Part shown: piece after piece, positions 38,946-48,054 of the stretch
Layout: the number at the start of each line of letters is the position of its first letter
How positions within the stretch are numbered: position 1 is the first letter of the stretch
NCBI GenBank assembly: GCA_029265075.1
Contig: JAJUJZ010000002.1
Location: 207-64,206 of the forward strand
Length of the DNA: 64,000 nucleotides
Reading direction: 5' to 3'
From: Gammaproteobacteria bacterium
GTDB lineage: Bacteria; Pseudomonadota; Gammaproteobacteria; Pseudomonadales; CAMLJR01
The notes under the pieces: generated by a model
The model's database searches: none
Told to the model about the DNA's origin: nothing
Seen by the model: only the letters and a program-made list of their open reading frames with translations
Translations under genes and position numbers: made by a program

Positions 38946-40862
38946 TTGCTGCTCTGCTGCTGCCTGCTGTTGCTGCCGGTCACAGCATCCGCGCAGGAAG
39001 GGACCGATCAGGCCGACTGGAGTCAGACCGTCACGCTCAACATGCGCGACGCTGATATCCGGGCCGTCATTCAGTGGATCGCGGAGCAGACCGGGCGCCA
39101 GATCGTGATTGATCCGCGCGTCCAGGGCCGCGTTTCGGTGATCTCCGACCGCCCCATGACGGTGGCCCAGGCCTACCGCGTATTCCTCTCCATGCTGGAC
39201 GTCTACGGCTACGCCACGTCCGACCTCGACGGCATTCTGCGAATTTTCCCGGCACCGCTGGCGCGCACGGCGCCGCGCCGGCTGCTGACAGAGCTCGACG
39301 ATGGCGATGCAGCCGGGGGGCAGGTAGTACATGTACTGCGCACCCGCCATCTGCAGCCGCAGGCGCTGGCCGAACTGATGCGTCCGCTGATCGGTCCGGC
39401 CGGTTATGTCGCGGCGGTGCCGGGCAGCGACAGCGTGGTTGTGGCCGATACCCGTACCAACGTGACCCAGCTGGTGACGCTGGCACGGCGGCTCGACAGC
39501 CGCGGCGCGCTGGAGATGGAACTGGTCAGACTTGAACATGCAGCTGCGCCTGAGGTAGCGAAGCTGTTGCTGTCACTGCTGCAGAAGCGGGCCGAAAATA
39601 GCGGTAGCGAAGGCGCGGTGCCGCTCGCGGTGGCTGCCGATGCGCGCTCCAATGCAGTGCTGCTGAGTGGTGATGCGGCCAGCCGGCAGCGCGCCCGCGA
39701 ACTGGTAGGGCAGCTTGACCAGCCTGTGAGCGGGGCCGGCACCACCCGGGTGGTCCACCTCCGGTACCTGGCCGCCGAAGAGCTGGTGCCGGTGCTGCGC
39801 AGCATGAGTCAGACGGTCCAGGAAGAAGCCGGTGACCAGCTGGTCACTGCCACGCCCGTCTCGATCGAGGCCAGCATCAGCACCAACGCGCTGGTGATGA
39901 CCGGTGCCCCGCCGCTGCTTGATCGGATGGCGGCGGTGATCGAGCGCCTCGACGTGCGTCGCGCCCAGGTGCTGGTGGAGGCAGTCATCGTCGAACTCAG
40001 CACCGATCTCACAAAGCGACTCGGCGTTGAATGGCGCTCCGACCTGAGCGGCGATGGCCTGCAGGGCGCCATCAGCTTTGGTCTCGCCGCCCCGCTGGGT
40101 GATCTGCTGGGCTCCGGCCTGTCGCTTGGTTACTACCGGAACGGCAGCCTGCGCGCGCTGCTCAACGCGCTCGCCACGACTCAGGAAGCAAACATCCTCT
40201 CGACCCCGTCGGTGATGACCCTCGACAACCAGCCAGCCGAAATCATGGTGGGCAGCAACATTCCGCTGGTCACTGGCCAGGTCACCAGTGAAGCAGCGGA
40301 TGTCAGCAATCCGTTCACCACGTTCGAGCGCGAAGATATCGGCGTGATGCTGAAAATCACGCCGCAGATCAACCATCGCGATGCGGTAACGCTGGCGATC
40401 GAGCAGAAAGTCGAAACGGTCTCCGAGACTCCGGTGGGCGGCGGCCTCAGCCAGGCGCGCGACATCATCACCGACAAGCGCAGCGTCGCAACCAAGGTGC
40501 TGGTGGAAAGCGGCACGGTTCTCGTGCTGGGCGGGCTCATCTCCGACGAGGACCGGAAGGCTGTCAGCAAGGTTCCCGTACTGGGCGATCTGCCGCTGGT
40601 TGGCCGTCTGTTCCGCAGTACTACCAGCAGCCGGATCAAACGCAACCTGATGGTGTTCATCCATCCGGTCATCGTTGATTCCGGCGAAATTGCCGAGCGC
40701 CTGACCCGTGACGCCTACAATGCAGTGCGCGACCAGCAGCTCGAACACAGAGAGCGGGCCACGGCACCTGCGGTGGAACCAGCCGCACCGGCGATATTGC
40801 CGGAGTTCGAGGAGTTCCGGCCGCGCCAGGGTCCCGCTACCGCCCTTCCAGCAGCGCCGTGA
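38946..40862 (+). CDS. gspD: Type II secretion system secretin GspD, copy 1 (no adjacent gspC)
   Basis: 638 aa with N0-domain signature VTLNMRDADIRAVIQWIAEQTGRQIVIDPRVQGRVSVIS, N1-N3 repeats and secretin domain ...VPVLGDLPLVGRLFRSTTSSRIKRNLMVFIHPVIV. The only in-frame start is TTG, giving a signal peptide with no basic n-region (MLLCCCLLLLPVTASA). An ATG at 38908 lies in another frame. Confidence 0.85.
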   Translation: MLLCCCLLLLPVTASAQEGTDQADWSQTVTLNMRDADIRAVIQWIAEQTGRQIVIDPRVQGRVSVISDRPMTVAQAYRVFLSMLDVYGYATSDLDGILRIFPAPLARTAPRRLLTELDDGDAAGGQVVHVLRTRHLQPQALAELMRPLIGPAGYVAAVPGSDSVVVADTRTNVTQLVTLARRLDSRGALEMELVRLEHAAAPEVAKLLLSLLQKRAENSGSEGAVPLAVAADARSNAVLLSGDAASRQRARELVGQLDQPVSGAGTTRVVHLRYLAAEELVPVLRSMSQTVQEEAGDQLVTATPVSIEASISTNALVMTGAPPLLDRMAAVIERLDVRRAQVLVEAVIVELSTDLTKRLGVEWRSDLSGDGLQGAISFGLAAPLGDLLGSGLSLGYYRNGSLRALLNALATTQEANILSTPSVMTLDNQPAEIMVGSNIPLVTGQVTSEAADVSNPFTTFEREDIGVMLKITPQINHRDAVTLAIEQKVETVSETPVGGGLSQARDIITDKRSVATKVLVESGTVLVLGGLISDEDRKAVSKVPVLGDLPLVGRLFRSTTSSRIKRNLMVFIHPVIVDSGEIAERLTRDAYNAVRDQQLEHRERATAPAVEPAAPAILPEFEEFRPRQGPATALPAAP

Positions 40863-40863
40863 G

Positions 40864-41508
40864 CTACCAATGCTCCAGTACCGGCATATAGATCCGGTGC
40901 TGCGCCAGCCCGACAATGACGCCTTCAGCCGTTATCTCCAGCAGCTCTACGCCGTTGCCGATCGGATCCCCTTCACGCAGCCGGCGGTCATTGATGATGA
41001 TCGAGCGGCGGTCGGGGTTGGCCGAATAGACGTGGAAAGAGAACGTCATCGGCGGCAGCTGATTGCGCACTGCCGCCGGCAGCTCGGCATACGGCCGCAC
41101 CGGCAGTACCGGCCCGATGGCTGTCACGGGGGAACCGGGCGCCTCCTCGTAAGGTAGATCGCGATGGGCAGTGTGCGCCGGCGCGGTGGCAGCAGGTGCC
41201 GCGCCGCGAACCGCCGCTTCGGGTGCCGCTGTTCCGGAAGTCACAGCTGTCACGGCGGCCGGTGTGCCTGTGGCACCAGCACTCGCGAGGGCGCCCGTCT
41301 CAGGCGCCGGCCGGGCCTGTTGCCACCACCATAGCCCGCCCGCCACCAGCGTCAGATTGCTCGCCACCAGCAGGAGCACACCCCAGCGCTGCCAGTTGCG
41401 CTGCCGGGGAACCTGCGCCACGGGCTGGTGGATGGTGCGCAGATCCGGCACGCGCTCCCGCCGTCGCTCCTGCTCGGACTTCTTCAGTGCCTCAAGGATG
41501 AACGACAC
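40864..41508 (-). CDS. gspB: Type II secretion protein GspB (ExeB-like)
   Basis: 214 aa. The N-terminus MSFILEALKKSEQERRRE is typical of GspB/ExeB, followed by a single TM (WGVLLLVASNLTLVAGGLWWW). It lies directly after gspA. Confidence 0.72.
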   Translation of the reverse strand: MSFILEALKKSEQERRRERVPDLRTIHQPVAQVPRQRNWQRWGVLLLVASNLTLVAGGLWWWQQARPAPETGALASAGATGTPAAVTAVTSGTAAPEAAVRGAAPAATAPAHTAHRDLPYEEAPGSPVTAIGPVLPVRPYAELPAAVRNQLPPMTFSFHVYSANPDRRSIIINDRRLREGDPIGNGVELLEITAEGVIVGLAQHRIYMPVLEHW

Positions 41509-41509
41509 G

Positions 41510-43228
41510 TCACCCCTCCTCTTTCACGGCGTCGGTGTCGGTGCCAGTGCCTGCATCCGACACCACCTTACCCGCCGCACGCGTTTCGCGGGCCAGGGCA
41601 ACGACCGTTTCGAGATCGAGCACGCCGTCGTCACTGAGTCCCTGCTCAGCCTGAAACTGACGCACTACGGCTTCCAGCTCAGGACCGTACACGGTCGCGA
41701 GCGGCTGGGGATGGAGTGCCAGAAACTGGCTGCTCAGCCAGGCGGCCTTGCTGGCATTGCTGCCGAGCTTGTCGGAGAGATCCTGCTCCACCTGTTGCCA
41801 GCGGCCACTGCCACCCTGGTAATGCTGATAGAGATGCTGATCCACCCAGCTCACCAGCGGACCTTCGCCGCCGCTGGTCAATGGCAGCTGGGCCAGTGGT
41901 GCCGGGACGGCGATGAGCGCGACGCCGTTCCAGAGTTCATCGACGGCTGCCCAGCTCACCTGCCATTCACGGCTTTCAAACCGGACATGTGCCAGATCGC
42001 CCCGCAGTCGCTGCAGCACCAGATAGCGCGGCGCCGGCCACTCCGGATGCATCAGTGACAGTACCAGCGGCACATCGAACCGCTGCAATGCAGCCCGGTC
42101 GAGGCCCTGCAGCTCAGTACACGGCAGCGCTGCGTCGGTAATATCGCAGCTCACCACGGGCCCGTTGACGCCCCACCAGGCGCGCAGTGATGCCAGTGCC
42201 GCCGGCATCGTCGCAGGAGTGCTGGCAAAGCTTTCCAGCCAGCCTGCGCGAGCGGCGGGCAGTTCACTATCGGACGCTGGAGTCCTCAGCAGCAGATAGC
42301 CCACCAGGGCGCTGACGACAACGAGCACTCCGGCCACATAGGGGAGCGCCCGCCGGCCTTTAAGCCAGCCCCAGCTTCGGCGGAGCGTATCGCGGGCGCT
42401 GGAAGCGCCGCCATTGCGCGGCAGCACTTCGCGAGCCGCCTGTCGGACAAGGAGATGGTCTACCACGGTCAGGTTGCTGGCATAAGCTCCCAGCAGCGCG
42501 CGATCGCAGAGCACATTGATCAGGCGTGGCACGCCCTGGCTGAGACGAGCCACCTGGCGCACCGCTGTATCAGTGAACAGCGTGCCTCGATAGCCGGCAA
42601 CCGCGAGCCGGTGCGTGATGTAATGGCCGACCTCGGGCAGGGTCAGCGGCTGCAGGTGGTAACGCGCCGTGATCCGCTGCGCAAGCTGGCGCAGATCGCT
42701 GCGGGCCAGCATGTCGTTGAGTTCCGGCTGGCCCAGCAAGATCAGCTGCAACAGCTTGCGCTCATTCGTTTCAAGATTGGTCAGCAGCCGCAGCTGCTCG
42801 AGCACCTCGATGGAGAGGTTCTGCGCCTCATCGACGATCAGGATGGCGTTACGGCCGCGCGCATGCGTCTCGAGCAGGAAGTCGTTGAGCGCATCGATCA
42901 GCTGCTTGCTGCTGAGATCGCCCTCCGGCAGCGCGACCCCCAGCTCACTGCAGATGGTTTGCAGTATTTCATCCGGGCTCTGACGCGGATTGACGACTAC
43001 CGCCACATCGACATGATCGGGTACCTGCTGCAGCAGGCAGCGACAGACCGTGGTCTTGCCCGTTCCGACCTCGCCGGTCAGTACCACGAACCCGCCCTGA
43101 TCACCCATGCCGTATACCAGATGGGCCAGCGCCTCACGGTGCTGCTCACTCAGGTAGAGGTAGCGCGGATCCGGCGCAATCGAAAACGGCGCTTCGCTGA
43201 AGCCGAAGTAGACGTTGTACATCGTCAC
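41510..43228 (-). CDS. gspA: Type II secretion ATPase-like protein GspA (ExeA family) with a peptidoglycan-binding C-terminus
   Basis: 572 aa. FGFSEAPFSIAPDPRYLYLSEQHREALAHL, Walker A GEVGTGKTT, Walker B ILIVDEAQNL, a TM, and a C-terminal PG_binding-like VVRQFQAEQGLSDDGVLDLETVVAL. Its start overlaps the gspM stop. Confidence 0.88.
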   Translation of the reverse strand: MTMYNVYFGFSEAPFSIAPDPRYLYLSEQHREALAHLVYGMGDQGGFVVLTGEVGTGKTTVCRCLLQQVPDHVDVAVVVNPRQSPDEILQTICSELGVALPEGDLSSKQLIDALNDFLLETHARGRNAILIVDEAQNLSIEVLEQLRLLTNLETNERKLLQLILLGQPELNDMLARSDLRQLAQRITARYHLQPLTLPEVGHYITHRLAVAGYRGTLFTDTAVRQVARLSQGVPRLINVLCDRALLGAYASNLTVVDHLLVRQAAREVLPRNGGASSARDTLRRSWGWLKGRRALPYVAGVLVVVSALVGYLLLRTPASDSELPAARAGWLESFASTPATMPAALASLRAWWGVNGPVVSCDITDAALPCTELQGLDRAALQRFDVPLVLSLMHPEWPAPRYLVLQRLRGDLAHVRFESREWQVSWAAVDELWNGVALIAVPAPLAQLPLTSGGEGPLVSWVDQHLYQHYQGGSGRWQQVEQDLSDKLGSNASKAAWLSSQFLALHPQPLATVYGPELEAVVRQFQAEQGLSDDGVLDLETVVALARETRAAGKVVSDAGTGTDTDAVKEEG

Positions 43229-43755
43229 CCTTCCAGCACCACGCGGACATCCACCAGGCCGGGCTCGGCCCGTCGGCGCGCCGAAAACTCGGCGGTGGCG
43301 ATGCCGCGCTCGCGTTCGAGGAGCTCCAGCCAGAGCATGGTCTGGGCGAACGGTACCCCTTCCAGCCAGAGATTAAGCCCATTTTCCCCCGCCGGCTCGT
43401 AGCGGCGGATGGTGAGGCTCATCGCCGCGGCAGTCTGCGTGGCGGCGGTCAGCAGCGTCTCGTCGCCCCGCCCGGGCGCCGAACTGCGCGCCGTGGCCAG
43501 GTGCCGGTTCGCCTCCATCCAGGCCAGCGTATCGACCTGTGCACGATAGTCCTGCTGGGCACTGCGGCTGAAGTCATACGCGGGCAATACCAGCAGGAAC
43601 AGCGCGAGCAGCGCTGCCACCGCTGCGCCAAGGGTCAGCACGATGCGCTGATCGCGAGGCGACGCGGCGTCGTACCACGCCCAGATCCGCTGCACCGAGG
43701 GGCTGGCTGCGACCTGTTCTCGCAGCGCGTCGATGACTGCGCTCAATCCTTTCAT
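43225..43755 (-). CDS. gspM: Type II secretion system protein GspM
   Basis: 176 aa with a single TM (IVLTLGAAVAALLALFLLVL). The position after gspL, with overlapping stop/start codons, fits. Confidence 0.8.
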   Translation of the reverse strand: MKGLSAVIDALREQVAASPSVQRIWAWYDAASPRDQRIVLTLGAAVAALLALFLLVLPAYDFSRSAQQDYRAQVDTLAWMEANRHLATARSSAPGRGDETLLTAATQTAAAMSLTIRRYEPAGENGLNLWLEGVPFAQTMLWLELLERERGIATAEFSARRRAEPGLVDVRVVLEG

Positions 43756-45017
43756 GACGCCCCTCCGGTGATCTGCAGGCGCCCGACAGTCTGCTCGCCC
43801 TGTTCGGAGGCAGCGCTGATTTCCGCCTCGAAACCGGCACTCCGCAGCTGCTGCTGCAGCAGACTGAGCGCTTCCAGCGACGGCGTGCGCAACTGCAGCT
43901 CGATACGGTCGCCGGGCCGCACCACGCGCACCTCTTCAACAAACGCGTCGTCCACCGTCAGCGTATCGGCCAGACGCGCAAGCATCGGCAAGGGCGAACC
44001 GCTGGTAATGCCCTGACTCCGCAGGTGGCTCTCCATCTGCCGCTGCGGGCTGAACACCCGCCGATCCTGTGGAAACAGCTCGCGATAGAGCGCCGTAGCC
44101 TGCTGGCGGCGGTTCTCACTCTGCCATGAAAACCAGAAGCCGCTGGTCAGCGCTACCAGCAGGTAGGCCAGCAGCGATACCGCCGCGGCGGTGGCCGCCA
44201 GTCGCCAGCGACGGTGACCGAACCGGGGCTGCTGGACACGATAGCCGCCCTGCCGGAAATTGATCAGGTCCTCCGGCCGGCGCGCAGCCGTCACCGCCAG
44301 AACCTCCGCCGCGGGTTCCTCAAACAGCTGGATGTCGCTCTCGCACTGCCACAATGTGCGCACCTGTTCAGCCAGCCGCTCAACCTCGGCAGCCTGGCCA
44401 CGACTGCCGGCGACGATGCAGCGCGGTGCCAGCGCGTCGCTGCTGCGCTGCTCAGCCAGCAGCTCGAGCTGCAGTTCCAGCTGATCGTTGAAAATCGCGA
44501 AACCGGCAAAGCGGTCGCTGCGGTACAGCACCCGCTCACCGTCGACAAAGAGCAGGCTGCTGTTGAGCTGCCAGGGTGTGGCCAGCAGGTCGGGGACGAT
44601 GGCATCCGCTTCAATGCCATGACTGTAGAGCTGGTCGAGCCACTGAATCAGCAGCTCATGATGAATCACTGCCACCGGCAACGGCTCATCGCCGACAATT
44701 TTCTGGTCTGGCAGCGCGAGATGCACTTCCTCGATATTGTCGGCGATCAGCTCCTCGACCATGTACGGCAGCGCCTGCTTGATATGGCGCAACTGGCGGG
44801 AAGGGATGCGTACCGAGGTGAGCAGTGTGAGTTCGGCCGGCACCAGCAGCGTCAGCCGCGCTGCTCCCAGCCAGGGAGCCAATGCCGCAGCCAGACTCGC
44901 CAGCGGTGCGCTGCCTCCTTCCTGTAACTGGCCCTGCGCGCCGATCAGCCACCAACCCAGCGGGGTGCCGGGATGCAGCGTTTCGGTGGCGAGCTGAACG
45001 ACGATCTGCTGCCTCAT
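43752..45017 (-). CDS. gspL: Type II secretion system protein GspL
   Basis: 421 aa with a cytoplasmic domain, one TM (WRLAATAAAVSLLAYLLVALTSGFWF) and a periplasmic domain. Sits between gspK and gspM. Confidence 0.8.
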   Translation of the reverse strand: MRQQIVVQLATETLHPGTPLGWWLIGAQGQLQEGGSAPLASLAAALAPWLGAARLTLLVPAELTLLTSVRIPSRQLRHIKQALPYMVEELIADNIEEVHLALPDQKIVGDEPLPVAVIHHELLIQWLDQLYSHGIEADAIVPDLLATPWQLNSSLLFVDGERVLYRSDRFAGFAIFNDQLELQLELLAEQRSSDALAPRCIVAGSRGQAAEVERLAEQVRTLWQCESDIQLFEEPAAEVLAVTAARRPEDLINFRQGGYRVQQPRFGHRRWRLAATAAAVSLLAYLLVALTSGFWFSWQSENRRQQATALYRELFPQDRRVFSPQRQMESHLRSQGITSGSPLPMLARLADTLTVDDAFVEEVRVVRPGDRIELQLRTPSLEALSLLQQQLRSAGFEAEISAASEQGEQTVGRLQITGGAS

Positions 45018-45985
45018 GGTCTTATCTCTTCGCTGAGGGAGAGCCGCTCCCGCGCCACGACATGAATGGCGCCGGCATTGTTGTCCCGGCGCAGGACGGT
45101 TCGCAACCGTTGCCAGTAATCGCCGATATTGACCGTTACGGTCACTTCGAAATAGCTCGAGTCCACGCTCACCTGCCCAGCCAGGCCAGTGGCAGCCGCA
45201 CCGACGAAATCGATAAAGGCCTGGGTAGTGGCAAATCCGCCCCGCTGCTGCCGGCTGATGATCCGGGATGCCGTGGAGTCGTCGATTATAGGCGACAGCG
45301 CCCGCAGCACCTCGGCCGGTGCCGTATTGACATTGACCGGCACGAACGCCGGCAGCGTGGTCACAAAAGGTGCCAGCCGGTGATACTGCTCTGCCGACAG
45401 CGACGGCATCTGACGCAGCGCACTGGAGTGGGCCTCAGGGCGATTGGCCGCCAGCAGATCGCTGAAGGCGCCATCTTCGCCGCCCGCCGGCAGCGGTTCG
45501 CGATCGGGGTCGATCCAGTCCTGCCACTGATCGGCCAGCTTCGCGTCCAGTCCCAGCACTGTCAGCAATCGCAAGAGCTGAGCGCGCTGCGCCGCATCCG
45601 GCGCCCCCTCTCCGGTCACCAGATTGTTGAGGTTGAACCGCGCCTGCAAATCGGCAATCTCAATGGTCATCTCCCCAGCGTCGATCTCGAACAGCTGGCT
45701 GGCGTCCACCCGCGCCCACGCTTCGGTCAGCAGATCAACGCCCCGCTCGCCTTCGCGCAAGTCATTAGCCAGCAGTTGCCGCGCGTACGCCTCACCGCCC
45801 AGTGCATAGTGCCAGGCCTGTCGGCTGCCGATCAGATTGGCGGCGCTGCGCTGGCTGAGCTGCGCCCGCTCCAGCATGGCGGCAGCCAGAACCGCCACCA
45901 GAGCGAATACCAGCAGCACGGTAATCAGCGCTACCCCGCGCTGACGATCGCGGCTGCTCGGCACCTGAGCCAGTCCGGACGCCAT
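45014..45985 (-). CDS. gspK: Type II secretion minor pseudopilin GspK
   Basis: 323 aa. QRGVALITVLLVFALVAVLAAAM is a pseudopilin-like helix without Glu5, as expected for GspK. Confidence 0.85.
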   Translation of the reverse strand: MASGLAQVPSSRDRQRGVALITVLLVFALVAVLAAAMLERAQLSQRSAANLIGSRQAWHYALGGEAYARQLLANDLREGERGVDLLTEAWARVDASQLFEIDAGEMTIEIADLQARFNLNNLVTGEGAPDAAQRAQLLRLLTVLGLDAKLADQWQDWIDPDREPLPAGGEDGAFSDLLAANRPEAHSSALRQMPSLSAEQYHRLAPFVTTLPAFVPVNVNTAPAEVLRALSPIIDDSTASRIISRQQRGGFATTQAFIDFVGAAATGLAGQVSVDSSYFEVTVTVNIGDYWQRLRTVLRRDNNAGAIHVVARERLSLSEEIRP

Positions 45986-45988
45986 CAG

Positions 45989-46663
45989 TCAGAACACCCG
46001 GAACAGGCGGCGCAGTTCGCCGAAACGCGGATGCTGCAGCTGTACGATGATGGCGCGCGGCGCGTCGGCCAATGACTCTGCCCGGTCCTGCCGGGACGCG
46101 TCACCCGGAGCCGCTGGCAGGGGCCAGCGTTCGCTGAGACCTTTGGGCCCCTGCACCGCAAAACTCAGCGCCTCGACGTCTTCCAGCAGCACCTGCACCA
46201 GCGCAGTTTCCATGCCTGTACGGTCGACCACGGGCCAGACGTGGCGCAGCAGATGCGTGCGCTCGTCGCCAAACCAGGTACTGTCAGCAACTTCGCGGTC
46301 GGGATGGGGACCGAGGCTGTAGGCTACCCGCTGCAGCGAGCTGCGCGGCAGCTCCAGCGGATTCAGGCGGCCACCGCGGGTAAACCGGAGCGGCTGCCTG
46401 GCCTCGGGGTCGACCAGCAGCCACGCCTCGCTGCTGTCACCGACGCGCACCGGCCGTCGCACCATCATTTCAATATCGCTCTGCAGCTGGGCAAAAGTAC
46501 GGTTGAGCCGGCGCAGCTCCAGAGCGCGCTCACTGAGCCGCTCCTCGGCAGTCATCACGCTGCTGAGCACCTGCCAGGCGGCAGCGCCCAGCAGCGCAAA
46601 GATGGCAAGTGCCACCAGCGTTTCCACCAGCGTAAAGCCGCGGCTGTTCGATCGGCGGTTCAC
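45989..46663 (-). CDS. gspJ: Type II secretion minor pseudopilin GspJ
   Basis: 224 aa with prepilin motif SRGFTLVETLVALAIFALLGAA. Confidence 0.85.
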   Translation of the reverse strand: MNRRSNSRGFTLVETLVALAIFALLGAAAWQVLSSVMTAEERLSERALELRRLNRTFAQLQSDIEMMVRRPVRVGDSSEAWLLVDPEARQPLRFTRGGRLNPLELPRSSLQRVAYSLGPHPDREVADSTWFGDERTHLLRHVWPVVDRTGMETALVQVLLEDVEALSFAVQGPKGLSERWPLPAAPGDASRQDRAESLADAPRAIIVQLQHPRFGELRRLFRVF

Positions 46664-47049
46664 GTCTCCCCCTGAAACGTGACCAGTCGCACCAGCGCAT
46701 AATCGCTGTCGTCACGACCTTCGGACGCCAGCCCGACAGAGACTTCCACTTTCCGCAGCTGCGGCATTGCGGTGGTGCCCACCTCGGTGGCCACGCGCCA
46801 GCGCAGCTCGCCCTCAGTGATCTCCTCGACAGTGCGTCCCAGTGGCAGCGGCTGTCGAGCGGCTGCCAGCGCGGCCAGCCGGTCCTCGGCAAGCCACAGT
46901 GCCGCGGTGCGCTGTTCCAGCGCCAGCTGCTGGGCCAGCCCCTGATGGGTCTGGCGCATGATGGCAGCCGCCGAGACCGCAAATACCGCCAGCGCTACCA
47001 GCACCTCCAGCAGCGTAAAACCGCGCGGGTGACGGCGCCGGCGGATCAT
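46660..47049 (-). CDS. gspI: Type II secretion minor pseudopilin GspI
   Basis: The ATG at 47049 overlaps the gspH stop (ATGA). MIRRRRHPRGFTLLEVLVALAVFAV. Confidence 0.85.
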   Translation of the reverse strand: MIRRRRHPRGFTLLEVLVALAVFAVSAAAIMRQTHQGLAQQLALEQRTAALWLAEDRLAALAAARQPLPLGRTVEEITEGELRWRVATEVGTTAMPQLRKVEVSVGLASEGRDDSDYALVRLVTFQGET

Positions 47050-47588
47050 GGCGCCAGGCTCCACCGGACCGGCCCAGTGCCGTCACTGCTGACGGTCGCC
47101 GACAATTCAGCCAGTGCCAGCGTCAGCTCGAACGGTGTCATCTCGCCACCGGGAAAGAGCAGCAATTGCGGACGCAGCGTGGTCTCACGCTGACGCCGGG
47201 CCTTGATGGCAGCCAGTGTCTCGCCCGACATTCCCTCCTCCGGCAGCGCCACGTCCAGCGTGATCGACGGATCAAATGCATACGGCGTAAACGGTCGTTC
47301 AGTCAGCACCCGCCAGCGCCGCTCGCGCGGCTCAAATACGACAAACTGGTAATCCTGTTCATTGATGACCAGCCCGATATCGCTGCTGCGCACGATGGCT
47401 TCGTCCAGGGCGAGGTTTAGCAGCGTGGCCAGGCGCGACGCTTCCGCCTCCAGCCGGTCGCGATCGCTGCGGCCATAGTTGAGGAGGAGGATGCCGGCCA
47501 CCACGGCCACGATGACCAGGACAACCAGTACTTCGAGCAGGGTGAAGCCTGCGGTATTACTCGTCCGCCCAGTTGCCGATGTCGGCAT
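47046..47588 (-). CDS. gspH: Type II secretion minor pseudopilin GspH
   Basis: The ATG at 47588 gives MPTSATGRTSNTAGFTLLEVLVVLVIVAV. This start lies 32 nt inside the 3' end of gspG. No later start precedes the prepilin motif. Confidence 0.8.
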   Translation of the reverse strand: MPTSATGRTSNTAGFTLLEVLVVLVIVAVVAGILLLNYGRSDRDRLEAEASRLATLLNLALDEAIVRSSDIGLVINEQDYQFVVFEPRERRWRVLTERPFTPYAFDPSITLDVALPEEGMSGETLAAIKARRQRETTLRPQLLLFPGGEMTPFELTLALAELSATVSSDGTGPVRWSLAP

Positions 47589-48027
47589 CGTAGCCCTCCC
47601 CGCCTTCACGTCCGTCTGCGCCGAACGACCAGAGGTCGTAAGGACGGCCATCCTGGCCGGGCGTCATGTAGTTGTAGGGATTGCCCCAGGGATCGAGCGG
47701 CACCCGCTGCCTGAGGTAACCCTCCGGATTCCAGTTGCGCGGTTCCGGTGCCGATGTCGGTCTGGTCACCAGCGCTTCCAGCCCCTGATCGGTGGTCGGG
47801 TAACGGTTGTTATCGAGCCGGTACATTGCCAGTGCCTGCTCCAGCGTACTGATATCCGCTCTCGCAGCCGTGACCCGGGCCTTGTCGACCCGACCCAGGA
47901 TGTTCGGTGCGACCAGTCCGATCAGAATGCCGATGATGACCACGACCACCATGATTTCAATCAGGGTGAAACCACGCTGCTCTCTTGTCAGGCGCGGGCT
48001 GCGAGGTGCGGTGCGGAAATTTGTCAT
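47557..48027 (-). CDS. gspG: Type II secretion major pseudopilin GspG
   Basis: 156 aa. QRGFTLIEIMVVVVIIGILIGLVAPNILG plus the conserved GspG core (LDNNRYPTTDQGLEALV...DPWGNPY...GADGREGGEG). GGAGAG lies upstream of the ATG. Confidence 0.95.
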   Translation of the reverse strand: MTNFRTAPRSPRLTREQRGFTLIEIMVVVVIIGILIGLVAPNILGRVDKARVTAARADISTLEQALAMYRLDNNRYPTTDQGLEALVTRPTSAPEPRNWNPEGYLRQRVPLDPWGNPYNYMTPGQDGRPYDLWSFGADGREGGEGYDADIGNWADE

Positions 48028-48054
48028 AGCTGCTCTCCGGAAATTCAGGCGGCG

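Noticed and set aside
39573-40916. A 447-aa minus-strand ORF within gspD copy 1. Similar long antisense ORFs occur at 49319-50875 (opposite gspE), 44882-46075, 22403-23509, 23510-24475, 41171-42058 and 42455-43402.
   Set aside because: Each is antisense to a gene with clear family motifs. Their products are Arg/Gln/His/Ala-rich without domains, the typical high-GC mirror-frame pattern.
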